A DNA stretch of 64,000 nt from contig JBKAGP010000001.1 in NCBI GenBank assembly GCA_046290465.1, positions 2,560,001 through 2,624,000 of the forward strand, in the 5' to 3' direction. This stretch comes from Planctomycetota bacterium (lineage in GTDB: Bacteria; Planctomycetota; UBA1135; UBA2386). The first letter of the stretch is position 1; each line of letters opens with the position of its first letter. The position numbers were made by a program, and so were the translations under genes. The notes beneath the pieces were generated by a model that did no database searches, was not told the DNA's origin, and saw only the letters and a list, made by a program, of their open reading frames with translations. Below are positions 29,001 through 40,490 of the stretch, piece after piece.

Positions 29001-30860
29001 TCAACGGCTGGTCGCGGCGTGCAGCGCCCCGACGCCACCGACGATCGGCAGCGTCAGCTCGGTCGCCGAGATGTCGACCGTGACCTTGGTCCCGGGCGCC
29101 GGGTGCAGCGTGTGCTCCTGGTCGCTCGAGAAGATCATCAGCCCGATGCGCTGGCCCGCGCGGATGACCTGGTCGTCCGGCTGAAGGTCGAACGCGAGGT
29201 CGTACCAGGCGCCGGGCTTGAGCGGCGCGCTCTCAGTCAGCGACGCGTGGTTCTGCGGGTCGGCCCAGCCGCGCGTGATCACGTTGTCGGTGATGCGCCG
29301 GGTGCGCTCCCAGGGCAGCGACACCAGCATGACCGACAGGTTGCACGCCGGCTTCGACGACGCCACCCGGATCTTCAGGCGCGCGGTGCCCGAGATGTGC
29401 ACCTCGTTCTTGAGCTCGGGGGTCGCGAACAGCAGCCGGTGCTCGGAGGCCTCGGCGAGCGCGAGGTCCTTGGCCGTCTTCGACACGTCGTCGACCAGCG
29501 TCTGCTGGTGGTTGCCGGGCGCGTCGATCAGCTGCGCGAGGTCCCCGATCTTGCTGCCGTCGCCGACCGGCTTGAGCTTGACCGGCTGCGCCGCCGGGTT
29601 GGGGTAGTCCGCGTAGCTGGTCGGGTTGCTCTGACGATCGCCCTCGCGAACGATCCAGGCGCGCGGGCCGGCCAGCACGTCGTTGTCGACGCCGTAGAGG
29701 AACCGGGAGAACCACTTGTTGACCAGTTCGCCGGGCGGCTGGCCGCCGTGGCCGTTCTGGTGGAAGTAGGCCATGCACGGCAGGCCCTTCTTCTTGAGCG
29801 CCGCGTAGATGCGCACGCTGTGCTCGGGCATGACGTTCCAGTCGTTGAACGCGTGCGCCATCAGGCACGCGGCCTTCATCGGACCGAGGTCATTGAGGTA
29901 GTCGCGGCCGGCCCAGAAGTCGTTGTAGTCGCCGGACAGCCGGTCGGCCTTGGCCGCGAGCAGTTCGTCGCGGACCTTCTCGTTGCAGTAGTCGCGCTTG
30001 TCCGGGTGGCCGCTGTGGATGAAGTCGAACAGCACGTCGACGTCCTCACCGAGGTAGCCGCCGGGCGAACGGACCAGACCGTTGCTGCGGTAGTAGTGGT
30101 AGTACGACGTGTTGGGCGCGATCGGCACGATCGCCTCGAGACCCTCGACGCCGGTGGTCGCCGCGGCCAGCGGCAGCGTGCCGTTGTACGAGGTGCCGAT
30201 CATGCCGACCTTGCCGGTGCACCAGTAGGCCTTGACCTCCTCGTTGCCGTCGACGGTCGTGTAGCCCTTGGCGCGGCCGCACAGCCAGTCGATCACCGCC
30301 TTCGGCGCGAACGACTCGTTGTCGCCGCCGATCGTCGGGCAGCCCTGCGACCAGCCGGTGCCGGGCGAGCACGAGTGCACCACCGCAAAGCCGCGCGGCA
30401 CCCACGTCAGCGCTTCGCGGTCGCGCTGCAGCGGCACGATCATGCCCGGCTTGCTGCGGAACTTGATCTCCGGCATCTCGGCGCGCTCGGGCGGCACCGC
30501 GCCGATCTCGTGTTCGACGTTCCAGAAGAACTGCTGCCCGCTCGAACCGATGCCGGAGAAGTACGGGCTGGTCTCGTAGACCACCGGCACCTTCAGGCCT
30601 TCGGAGTCGGTCTGCTTCGGCCGCGTCACGTCGACGTGCATGCGGTCCTTCTTGCCGTCGCCGTCGGTGTCGAAGTCGGTCTCGACCCACAGCCAGTGGC
30701 GCACCCATTCGCGCCGGTTGCGGAACGCGTCGACGACCTGGGCCTGGCCGTCCTCGAACACCGGCCCGGCCTTCTCGGTGGGCTCCTGCGCGCAGAGCGG
30801 CGGGGCCACGAAGGCCGCCGCCAGGGCGAAGACGAACGAACGTGCTGCGGTTCTTTGCAT
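29001..30860 (-). CDS. pepX: Secreted Xaa-Pro dipeptidyl-peptidase (S15, PepX/CocE-NonD family)
   Basis: ATG 30860 with signal ...LCAQ; DTDGDGKKDR, ETSPY, IDWLCGRA, WCTGKVGMIGTSYNG (GxSYxG nucleophile), DWNV, PepX_C tail. Confidence 0.85.
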   Translation of the reverse strand: MQRTAARSFVFALAAAFVAPPLCAQEPTEKAGPVFEDGQAQVVDAFRNRREWVRHWLWVETDFDTDGDGKKDRMHVDVTRPKQTDSEGLKVPVVYETSPYFSGIGSSGQQFFWNVEHEIGAVPPERAEMPEIKFRSKPGMIVPLQRDREALTWVPRGFAVVHSCSPGTGWSQGCPTIGGDNESFAPKAVIDWLCGRAKGYTTVDGNEEVKAYWCTGKVGMIGTSYNGTLPLAAATTGVEGLEAIVPIAPNTSYYHYYRSNGLVRSPGGYLGEDVDVLFDFIHSGHPDKRDYCNEKVRDELLAAKADRLSGDYNDFWAGRDYLNDLGPMKAACLMAHAFNDWNVMPEHSVRIYAALKKKGLPCMAYFHQNGHGGQPPGELVNKWFSRFLYGVDNDVLAGPRAWIVREGDRQSNPTSYADYPNPAAQPVKLKPVGDGSKIGDLAQLIDAPGNHQQTLVDDVSKTAKDLALAEASEHRLLFATPELKNEVHISGTARLKIRVASSKPACNLSVMLVSLPWERTRRITDNVITRGWADPQNHASLTESAPLKPGAWYDLAFDLQPDDQVIRAGQRIGLMIFSSDQEHTLHPAPGTKVTVDISATELTLPIVGGVGALHAATSR

Positions 30861-31050
30861 AGGTTTGGAATCGGGGTCAGCTCCAAGACCATAGCGACGA
30901 CGCAGGCGTGGGGCCCCGGTCAGCAGCGGGATCCTGCGGGCGCCGCGGAATTGCGCCACCCAGCATGCTCGTCGCAAGCGTGTACTCGCACCCCACTGCC
31001 GCGCCGCGTGGCTATCGTCGACAGACCTGCCATCCCCCACTCGCAACCCT

Positions 31051-32595
31051 ATGCGCGCACCACTCGTCCTCGTGACCTCTCTCCTGCTGACCTGCGGCCT
31101 GCAGGCGCAGCTCTCCGGCACCTACCTGATCAACCCGCTGATCCCGACCGGCGGCAACACGTTCTCGTCGTTCGCCGACGCGACCGCCGAGCTGCTCGCC
31201 CAGGGAGTCGCCGGGCCGTGCGAGTTCCTCGTCTTCGACGACGGCGGGCCCTACACCGAGTCGAGCCCGATGGGTACCGGCGTCACCTACGGCACCAACG
31301 ACGCGGTGCTGGTGATGGCCAGCTGGACCGGATCGTCGGCGGCCAACCGCGTGACGTTCCGTCCGGCCCCCGGCGAACGTCCGGTCATCGACGCGACCGG
31401 CCGCGCGATGGGCGTGTTCTGGGGCGGCGCGGACTACGTCACGCTGCAGGGCTTCGAGGTCCGCAACGCGACCTACGACGGCATCTCGCTGTTCGCCGAG
31501 ACCGCCAACGGCGTCGCCAACGACCCGATCATCGACTCGTGTCGCGTGCACGACTGCGGCAGCGCCGGCATCACGATCTACGGCAACTCGCCGAACCCGA
31601 CCAACACCCTGGTGCAGAACTGCACGCTGTGGAGCTGCCAGACCAACAACTCCGGCGCGTTCACGACCACGTCGCGGTTCGGCTACATCACGACGCGTCG
31701 CACGATCAACACGCGCATCGTGCACAACACGTTCTTCGTCGACACCGCGTCGGGCCAGGACTTCTGCGTGATCGGCTCGCGCACGTCGAGCGCCGGCGAG
31801 ATGCCGTACGCCGAGATCAGCAACAACGTGATCTTCAAGACGGCCGGTGCCGGCCGCCCGATCTTCCGCTTCCACACGCCGGCGACGAGTTCGTTCCCGA
31901 TCCCGCCGATCTGCAACGGCAACTGCTTCTTCGACGCGACCACCAGCCCGTTCGCCGAATACGGCGACGCCGCGGCCACCGTCGCGGCGACGTTCGCCGG
32001 CTGGCAGCAGACCGGCGCGGATGCGACCTCGCAGGTCGCCGACCCGCAGTTCCGCGACCTCAACACCGACGACTTCCACCTGCAGGGGACGTCGCCGTGC
32101 CGCGACGCGGCGACCGTCGTCGCCGGAGTCGCCGCGGATGCCGACGGCCAACCGCGGGTCGCCCCCGCAGACCTCGGTGCCGACGAGTTCAGCGCCGGCG
32201 ACTACACCCTGGTCGGCGCCGGCTGCCCCGGCGTCGGCGGCGCGATCACGTCGATCGACCTGTGGAGCTGGCCGTTCCTGGGCAACCCGCAGCTGACGAT
32301 CGGCTTCGAGAACGCGCCCGCCAACGCGATCGTCGGGCTGTTCGGCAGCCTCGGCCTGTCGCCGGTGCCGCTGACGATCGGCGGCGGCTGCGACGCCTAC
32401 CTCGACCCGGGCAGCCTGGTCGTGCTCGCCGGTTCGTTGACCAGCAGCGTCGGGGAGACGTCGGTGTTCTTCCCCGTGCCCGCCAACGCGTCGTTCGCCG
32501 GCTTCAACCTCGCCTACCAGGGGCTGGTGCTCGACGCGACCACGACGCTCGGGTTCACCGTCACCAATGCGATCGACGTGACGTTCGACTTCTGA
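31051..32595 (+). CDS. Secreted right-handed beta-helix protein with lineage-type C-terminal domain
   Basis: Signal ...LQAQ; LSGTYLIN..GVAGP N-terminus; parallel beta-helix repeats; DPQF..DFHLQGTSPCRDA..DADGQPR..DLGADE motif; shared C-terminal domain. Confidence 0.8.
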   Translation: MRAPLVLVTSLLLTCGLQAQLSGTYLINPLIPTGGNTFSSFADATAELLAQGVAGPCEFLVFDDGGPYTESSPMGTGVTYGTNDAVLVMASWTGSSAANRVTFRPAPGERPVIDATGRAMGVFWGGADYVTLQGFEVRNATYDGISLFAETANGVANDPIIDSCRVHDCGSAGITIYGNSPNPTNTLVQNCTLWSCQTNNSGAFTTTSRFGYITTRRTINTRIVHNTFFVDTASGQDFCVIGSRTSSAGEMPYAEISNNVIFKTAGAGRPIFRFHTPATSSFPIPPICNGNCFFDATTSPFAEYGDAAATVAATFAGWQQTGADATSQVADPQFRDLNTDDFHLQGTSPCRDAATVVAGVAADADGQPRVAPADLGADEFSAGDYTLVGAGCPGVGGAITSIDLWSWPFLGNPQLTIGFENAPANAIVGLFGSLGLSPVPLTIGGGCDAYLDPGSLVVLAGSLTSSVGETSVFFPVPANASFAGFNLAYQGLVLDATTTLGFTVTNAIDVTFDF

Positions 32596-32658
32596 GCCCG
32601 AATCGCCCGCTGCGCGGGTACTGACGAGACGGCCCGCGACCGCTACCGTCGCGGGCCC

Positions 32659-34158
32659 ATGAAGCCAGCCGTCCTGACCCTGCGCACCAAGGAGAAGAAG
32701 GTGCGCTTCGAGCTGACGCCCGACGAGTTGGTCACGGTCGGCCGCAGCTCGAGCTGCCGCATCCAGCTCGCCGACGCGAGCGTGTCGCGCGAGCACTGCG
32801 TCGTCATCTACACCAACGGCAAGATCTGCATCAACGATCTGCAGTCGACGCACGGCATCTCGCAGGACGGCGAACGGGTCTCGCGGGTCGAGCTGCTGCC
32901 GGGTGACGAGTGCCGGCTCGGCAACGCGCTGGCGCGCTTCGAGCTCGAGGACGGCGCCCACCAGCCGAAGCCGCGCCAGGCGATCACGCCGCCGCCGGCC
33001 GCGCCACGGCCTGTCGCGGCGCCGACGCCGGACGAGCGGCGACCGGCCGACGCGGTCCGTCGCGACCGGCCGGAGCAACCGGAGATCGACGCACAGCAGG
33101 CCGAACAACCGGCGGTCGACGAACGGGCCCCGACGATGGCTTCGATCGGGGACGAGCCCGCGCGCACGATCGCCGGCTACCGCGTCTTCGAGAAGATCGG
33201 CGAGGGCGGCTTCGGCACGGTCTACCGCGCCGAGCAGACGCAGCTCGGCCGGCAGGTCGCACTGAAGATCCTCAAGAAGGGCGACGACGCCGAGCACCAG
33301 CAGCGCATCGACGCGTTCTTGCGCGAAGCGCGCATCGCGGCGCAGCTCAGCGATCCGCGGCTGGTGCAGGTCTACGACGTCGGCGAGAGCGACGGCGAGC
33401 ACTTCCTGTCGATGGAGCTGGTCGAGGGCGGCAGCCTGGCACGCCGCATCAAGCGTGAGGGCCCGCTCGACTGGCAGCAGTCGCTGCGGCTGCTGCGCGA
33501 CCTGACCCACGCGCTGAAGGCGGCGCACGACGCCGGCCTCGTGCACCGGGACGTCAAGCCGGGCAACGTGCTGCTGACCGAGAAGGGGCAGGCCAAGCTG
33601 ACCGACCTCGGCCTCGCTGCCGGCGACGCGCACGCCGGCACGATCGCGTTCATGGCGCCCGAGCAGCTGCGCCGCGAAGCGGTCGACGGCCGCGCCGACA
33701 TCTACGCGCTCGGCTGCACGATCTACGCAGCCCTGGCCGGTGCGCCGCCGTTCGGAGGCGACCGCAAGGAGATGGCCCGCGCGCAGGTCCGGCAGCCACC
33801 GCCGTCGCTGCTCGACCAGGGCGTGCAGGTCCCCTACCAGCTGCACCAGCTGATCCTGCAGTCGATGCTGGCCAAGGACCCGGCTGACCGGCCGCAGGAC
33901 GCCGAGGCGCTGCTGCGCCGGATCGACCGCCTGATCCTGCCGAGCAACGTCGCACCCGACCGGGACGAGGGCGAAGAGGACTACCCGAGCGTCGCCCCGA
34001 GCCGTTCGCCGCGGCAGCGCCGCCAGAAGGAGCTCGGCGCGCGACTCGCCGCCGAGGCCGTGATCTTCTCGATCATCGCCGCAGTCGTCATCGCCATCCT
34101 GCTCCTGCTCAAGGTCCTCTCCCCCTCCCTCGACATCTACCGCCTCATCGGCCGCTGA
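32659..34158 (+). CDS. FHA-domain Ser/Thr protein kinase with C-terminal membrane anchor
   Basis: FHA (VGRSS..VSREHC..STHG); kinase motifs IGEGGFGTVY, VALKIL, HRDVKPGN, DLGLA, APE, DIYALG; hydrophobic C-terminal helix. Confidence 0.93.
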   Translation: MKPAVLTLRTKEKKVRFELTPDELVTVGRSSSCRIQLADASVSREHCVVIYTNGKICINDLQSTHGISQDGERVSRVELLPGDECRLGNALARFELEDGAHQPKPRQAITPPPAAPRPVAAPTPDERRPADAVRRDRPEQPEIDAQQAEQPAVDERAPTMASIGDEPARTIAGYRVFEKIGEGGFGTVYRAEQTQLGRQVALKILKKGDDAEHQQRIDAFLREARIAAQLSDPRLVQVYDVGESDGEHFLSMELVEGGSLARRIKREGPLDWQQSLRLLRDLTHALKAAHDAGLVHRDVKPGNVLLTEKGQAKLTDLGLAAGDAHAGTIAFMAPEQLRREAVDGRADIYALGCTIYAALAGAPPFGGDRKEMARAQVRQPPPSLLDQGVQVPYQLHQLILQSMLAKDPADRPQDAEALLRRIDRLILPSNVAPDRDEGEEDYPSVAPSRSPRQRRQKELGARLAAEAVIFSIIAAVVIAILLLLKVLSPSLDIYRLIGR

Positions 34159-34249
34159 GTAGCGGTACGGTACCTGGTTCATCCTCCAACTTCCGCGAGC
34201 GCGAGCGCTCGCGGAAGTTGGAGGATGAACCAGGTACCGTACCGCTACT
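34158..34249. repeat. Perfect 92-bp palindrome (45-bp arms, GA centre); REPIN/MITE-like, possible bidirectional terminator
   Basis: AGTAGCGGTACGGTACCTGGTTCATCCTCCAACTTCCGCGAGCGC-GA-exact reverse complement; it fills the gap between two convergent genes. Confidence 0.9.
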
Positions 34250-35435
34250 TCTCGTCGATGCAGACGTGGGACTGGCGGGCGGCGGTGGCGACGCGGTCGG
34301 CGACGGCGACGGCGACCGAACGGTCGAACGCGGCGGGCAGGATGCGCTTCGGTGCCGGCTCGCCGGCGGCCGCCGCGATCGCCTCGATCGCGGCCCACTT
34401 CATCGACGACGTGAAGCGCGTCGCCCGCGCCTCGAGCGCGCCGCGGAACAGGCCGGGGAACGCCAGCACGTTGTTGACCTGGTTGGGGAAGTCGCTGCGA
34501 CCGGTTCCGATCACGCGCGCGCCGCCGGCCTCGGCCTCCGACGGCAGGATCTCCGGCGTCGGGTTCGCCATCGCTAGCACGATCGGATCCTCGGCCATCG
34601 TGCGGATGTCCTCGGCGCGCAGCAGGTTGCCCTTGCTGACACCGATGAATGCGTGCGCCCCGCGCAGCGCGTCGCGCAGGTCGCCGCGCTCATCGTCGGG
34701 GTTGGTCCACTCGGCCAGCTCCCGCTTGTAGTCGTCCAGATCGTCGCGCCCGGGCGCGACGATGCCCTTCGAGTCGCAGATGCGGACCTTGCCGACCGGC
34801 ACGCACCGGTCGTCCTCGTCCTGGCAGCACAACAGCCGCGCGATCGCGCGGCCGGCGGCGCCGGCGCCATTGATCACGACCGACAGGTTGGGGAACGAAA
34901 CGCCGGTGATGCGCACCGCGTTCATCAGCGCGGCCAGCAGCACGATCGCGGTGCCGTGCTGGTCGTCGTGCAGCACCGGGATGCCGAGGTCCTGCAGCGC
35001 CGCCTCGATGCGGAAGCAGCGCGGCGCCGAGATGTCCTCGAGGTTGATGCCGCCGTAGGTCGGCGCGATCGCACGCACGACCTGGATGATCTCGTGCTCG
35101 TCCTGGGTGTCGAGCACGACGGGCACGGCGTCGACACCCCCGAACTCCCGGAACAGCGCGGCCTTGCCTTCCATCACCGGCAACGACGCCATGCCGCCGA
35201 GGTTGCCCAGACCGAGCACCGCCGAGCCGTCGGAGACGACCGCGACCGTGCGGCCCTTCCAGGTCAGGTCCCAGGCGTCACCCGGGTGCTCGGCGATGCG
35301 CTCACAGGGGCGCGCGACGCCGGGCGTGTAGGCGAGGCTCAGGTCCTCGATCGAGTCCAGCCGCATCCGCGAACGGACCTCGATCTTGCCGCGCTCCTCG
35401 CGATGGCGTCGGAGCGACTCCTCGAAGTAGTCCAT
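34245..35435 (-). CDS. NAD(P)-dependent malic enzyme (short form, no PTA domain)
   Basis: LSLAYTPGVA, VSDGSAVLGLGN, PVMEGKA, INLEDISAPRCF, HDDQHGT, NGAGAAG, AMANPTPEI, TGRSDFPNQVNN. Confidence 0.95.
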   Translation of the reverse strand: MDYFEESLRRHREERGKIEVRSRMRLDSIEDLSLAYTPGVARPCERIAEHPGDAWDLTWKGRTVAVVSDGSAVLGLGNLGGMASLPVMEGKAALFREFGGVDAVPVVLDTQDEHEIIQVVRAIAPTYGGINLEDISAPRCFRIEAALQDLGIPVLHDDQHGTAIVLLAALMNAVRITGVSFPNLSVVINGAGAAGRAIARLLCCQDEDDRCVPVGKVRICDSKGIVAPGRDDLDDYKRELAEWTNPDDERGDLRDALRGAHAFIGVSKGNLLRAEDIRTMAEDPIVLAMANPTPEILPSEAEAGGARVIGTGRSDFPNQVNNVLAFPGLFRGALEARATRFTSSMKWAAIEAIAAAAGEPAPKRILPAAFDRSVAVAVADRVATAARQSHVCIDEK

Positions 35436-35523
35436 CGACGCAATCTACCGCTCGGCCCCCATTGCCGGCTAGCATGGGGCGGGATCGCGCCGCCACGCGA
35501 CTCGTCTCCAAGCCCTCCCCTCA

Positions 35524-36138
35524 TTGAGCACGACGCAACGAGAGTACTATGCCGGTCTCGAACGGGCCGGCGCTGCGCTCACTGCCAGCGGTGCGTCGCC
35601 GACGCAGCGCGCCGAGGCCGTGCACGCGACCATCGCGACCACCCCCGATCAGGCCGCCTGCCGGGCCGGCTGCGCGCACTGCTGCCACTTCCCGGTCGGC
35701 GTGCGGTTCGCGGAAGCGCTGCGCCTGGCTGCCGCGATCGGCGACGATCCTGGTCTTCGTGAGCGTCTGCTCGCCGACGCCGACGCGACCCGGGGAGCCG
35801 GCTGGCACCAGCTGGCTGGCCGGCCTTGTCCCCTGCTGCGCGACGACGCCTGTCGCCGCTACGACGCGCGGCCGACGCCGTGCCGTGCGCTCGCGAGCTT
35901 CGACGCCGAGGCCTGCGAACGTTCCCTGCAGGAACCGACCGTGGTGCCGCGCGACGAGGCCTCCTGGTGGCGCGGGCTCGGCGCGGCAGCCGCGCTCGAC
36001 GACGACCTCGGCCCGCGCGAGCTGCGATCGGCCGTGGCGGCGGTGCTGGCACTCGACCGCGACGCGACGCGCGACGAACTGGTTGCCGCCTTCGCCCGCG
36101 CTCGGGCCGTGCCCGGCAACGGTGACCCCGCTCCGTAA
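35524..36138 (+). CDS. YkgJ/UPF0153-family cysteine-cluster protein
   Basis: CRAGCAHCC ... CPLL..DACRRYDARPTPCR motif; TTG start. Confidence 0.8.
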   Translation: MSTTQREYYAGLERAGAALTASGASPTQRAEAVHATIATTPDQAACRAGCAHCCHFPVGVRFAEALRLAAAIGDDPGLRERLLADADATRGAGWHQLAGRPCPLLRDDACRRYDARPTPCRALASFDAEACERSLQEPTVVPRDEASWWRGLGAAAALDDDLGPRELRSAVAAVLALDRDATRDELVAAFARARAVPGNGDPAP

Positions 36139-36556
36139 ACGGGATCGGATGCTGGCCCGGACGGGATCGGACCAGACCGGACCGAAAATCCGACCTCGTC
36201 GCACTTCGAGGCGGAAAAGTCGCAAGCAAATCGCACCCCCAAGTCGGTAGAAACACCCGCGCTATTTCCGTCGCGGCGCATCAAAGCCGCCAGGCACTGC
36301 GAGGGCTCAAAAAGCCGATGGTGAGGCAGCTTTGGTGCATCCAGGGCCGATTCCGGCCAGTCGAGACACCGCGCCAGCGGGGCGCCGACCACGCGCCCGA
36401 TTGCGGTAGACCGTTGCCAGCTACACGTTTGGCTCAAGTTCGACAGAACATCGAGCGCCTCGACATACGTCTCAGGTGGTGTAGCGTGTTCTCGGCGATT
36501 CTCCACACAAGTCAGATCGCCACAGACTCTCTGATTCGTTTCCCAACCAAGGACCC

Positions 36557-38146
36557 ATGCAGATGCGTTTCCTTCCCATTCTCCTCGCCACGGCCGCCGT
36601 GGCGACGGCCCAAAGCCCTCTCACCACGACGTTCGCTGGCGGTAACGGCCAGTCGGGCAACGTTTTCGATCTCGTTGCGACCAACGCGGCCGGCGTCACG
36701 GTCCGCTCCGTTGAATGCAACCTCGCGGCGGGCACCCACGACCTCGAGGTCTACACGCTGACCATTCCTGGTCCGTACGCCCCGTCGGTCAACACCGCCG
36801 CTGACTGGACCCTGAAGGGCTCGGCCACGGGTGTCGTCAGCAACGGCAACGGTGTCGCCACGCAGGTCCCGCTCTGCATCGAGGAGTTCATCCCGGCCGG
36901 CGCCACGCAGGCCTTCTGTGTCGTCATCAGCAGTGGCGGCATCATGAACTACACGAACGGCACCACCACGGGCGCCCTGTTCGCGTCGAACGCGGACCTC
37001 GAGTTCTACGAAGGCGACGGCTCGGTCTACCCGTTCGCCGGCAACTTCACCCCGCGCGTCTGGAACGGCAACATCTACTACGACATCGGTGACACCACCG
37101 GCACCGGCTGCACGTTCGCGGACGTCGTCGAGTACGGCGCTGGCTGTGGCGGCGCCGGCTTCGCCTCGTTCTACGAGCAGCTCGCCTCGGACCCGGCCGC
37201 TGCGAACGGCATGGACCTCGACGGTGTGCGCATCGAAGGCCTGAACACGGGTTCTGGCTACCTGGTCCAGGCGTTCGCTGGTGCGGGCGGCATCGCCCCC
37301 GGCGGCAGCGCCGTGGTCGTCCCGGCCGGTGACGACGACTCGGTCGACACGTCGACGATCGGCGGCACGCTCGGCATCTGGGTCGGCTCGAACTGCAACA
37401 TCTCGCTGGGCGGCACCAACGGTGGCGGCTTTACGCCGGACGTCGCGACGATGCTGAACAACGCCAACGCGGGCCTCTACGCCTGGACCGACTTCCACTC
37501 GGCCAGCGGCGGCGGCGCCGGCGACATCTGGTACGAAGAGAGCGGCACGGTCGCGACCGTGACCTACCTCGCCGTCTCGGGCTGGAACACCGGCCTGCCG
37601 AACACGGTCCAGTTCATCTGGGACACCGCCACGGGCAACTTCTCGATCGAGTTCGAGGCCCTCAACACGACCAACCCGGAAGACTGGCTCGTCGGCTACT
37701 CGCCGGCCGGTGCCAACCTCGACCCGGGTGCCTCGGACCTGAGCGCCCTCACCGGCGGCAACGTCCTGCTGACCGCGGTTTCGGACTCGTCGTCGCTGGC
37801 TCTGTCGGCCAACCGTCCGGTCCTCGGCTCGAACTGGGACCTGACCACGGACTTCATCGACCCGATCTCGCCGGTCGCGATCACCTTCTTCGGTGACCGC
37901 TCGCCCGTCGCCGTGCCGTTCACGGCCATCGGCATCAACGCCCCGGGCTGTGACATCAACCTCGCCTCGGCCATCACGTCGCTCTCCGGCCTCTCGGCTG
38001 GTGGCACGGCCACGGTCACGGTTGCCCTGCCGAACAACCCGGCCCTCGCCGGCGCCCTGCTGAGCGCGCAGTCGCTCTGCCTGACGCTGCAGAACTCGGC
38101 GAACCTGCTGTCGTCGAACGGCGTCGAAGGCCTGCTCGGCAACTGA
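36557..38146 (+). CDS. Secreted Gly/Thr/Asn-rich surface protein with lineage-type C-terminal domain
   Basis: RBS AAGGA; signal ...ATAQ; LTTTFAGGNGQSGNVFD N-terminus; very few K/R; C-terminal domain closely similar to 50216..51961. Confidence 0.85.
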   Translation: MQMRFLPILLATAAVATAQSPLTTTFAGGNGQSGNVFDLVATNAAGVTVRSVECNLAAGTHDLEVYTLTIPGPYAPSVNTAADWTLKGSATGVVSNGNGVATQVPLCIEEFIPAGATQAFCVVISSGGIMNYTNGTTTGALFASNADLEFYEGDGSVYPFAGNFTPRVWNGNIYYDIGDTTGTGCTFADVVEYGAGCGGAGFASFYEQLASDPAAANGMDLDGVRIEGLNTGSGYLVQAFAGAGGIAPGGSAVVVPAGDDDSVDTSTIGGTLGIWVGSNCNISLGGTNGGGFTPDVATMLNNANAGLYAWTDFHSASGGGAGDIWYEESGTVATVTYLAVSGWNTGLPNTVQFIWDTATGNFSIEFEALNTTNPEDWLVGYSPAGANLDPGASDLSALTGGNVLLTAVSDSSSLALSANRPVLGSNWDLTTDFIDPISPVAITFFGDRSPVAVPFTAIGINAPGCDINLASAITSLSGLSAGGTATVTVALPNNPALAGALLSAQSLCLTLQNSANLLSSNGVEGLLGN

Positions 38147-38164
38147 TCTCCGGATCAGACTGCT

Positions 38165-38227
38165 GCTCGCCCTCTCGCGAGGGTGAGCGCGGACGGCCTC
38201 CGTCAGCGCTGCTGACGGGGGCCGTTT
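38165..38227 (+). terminator. Two hairpins after the surface-protein gene; second is followed by TTT
   Basis: GCTCGCCCTC-tcgc-GAGGGTGAGC, then ACGGCCTCCGTCAGC-gct-GCTGACGGGGGCCGT-TT. Confidence 0.65.
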
Positions 38228-38331
38228 GCGTTTCGGGCCCCTGCCATCGCCCGGACGCCGCCGCGCATGTGAATCGCACGGGGCCCGGCGTGTTGCTGGT
38301 CGGCGCTGCGGGCTAGATTGCACCCGCCGCA

Positions 38332-40473
<2,142 letters not shown>

Positions 40474-40490
40474 GTCAGGCGTTCGCGCCG

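Noticed and set aside
38147..38331. Possible cobalamin riboswitch ahead of the mutase (also checked before icmF)
   Set aside because: No B12-box or conserved GGGAA/GCCACTG-type core is visible; the hairpins fit a terminator of the upstream gene.
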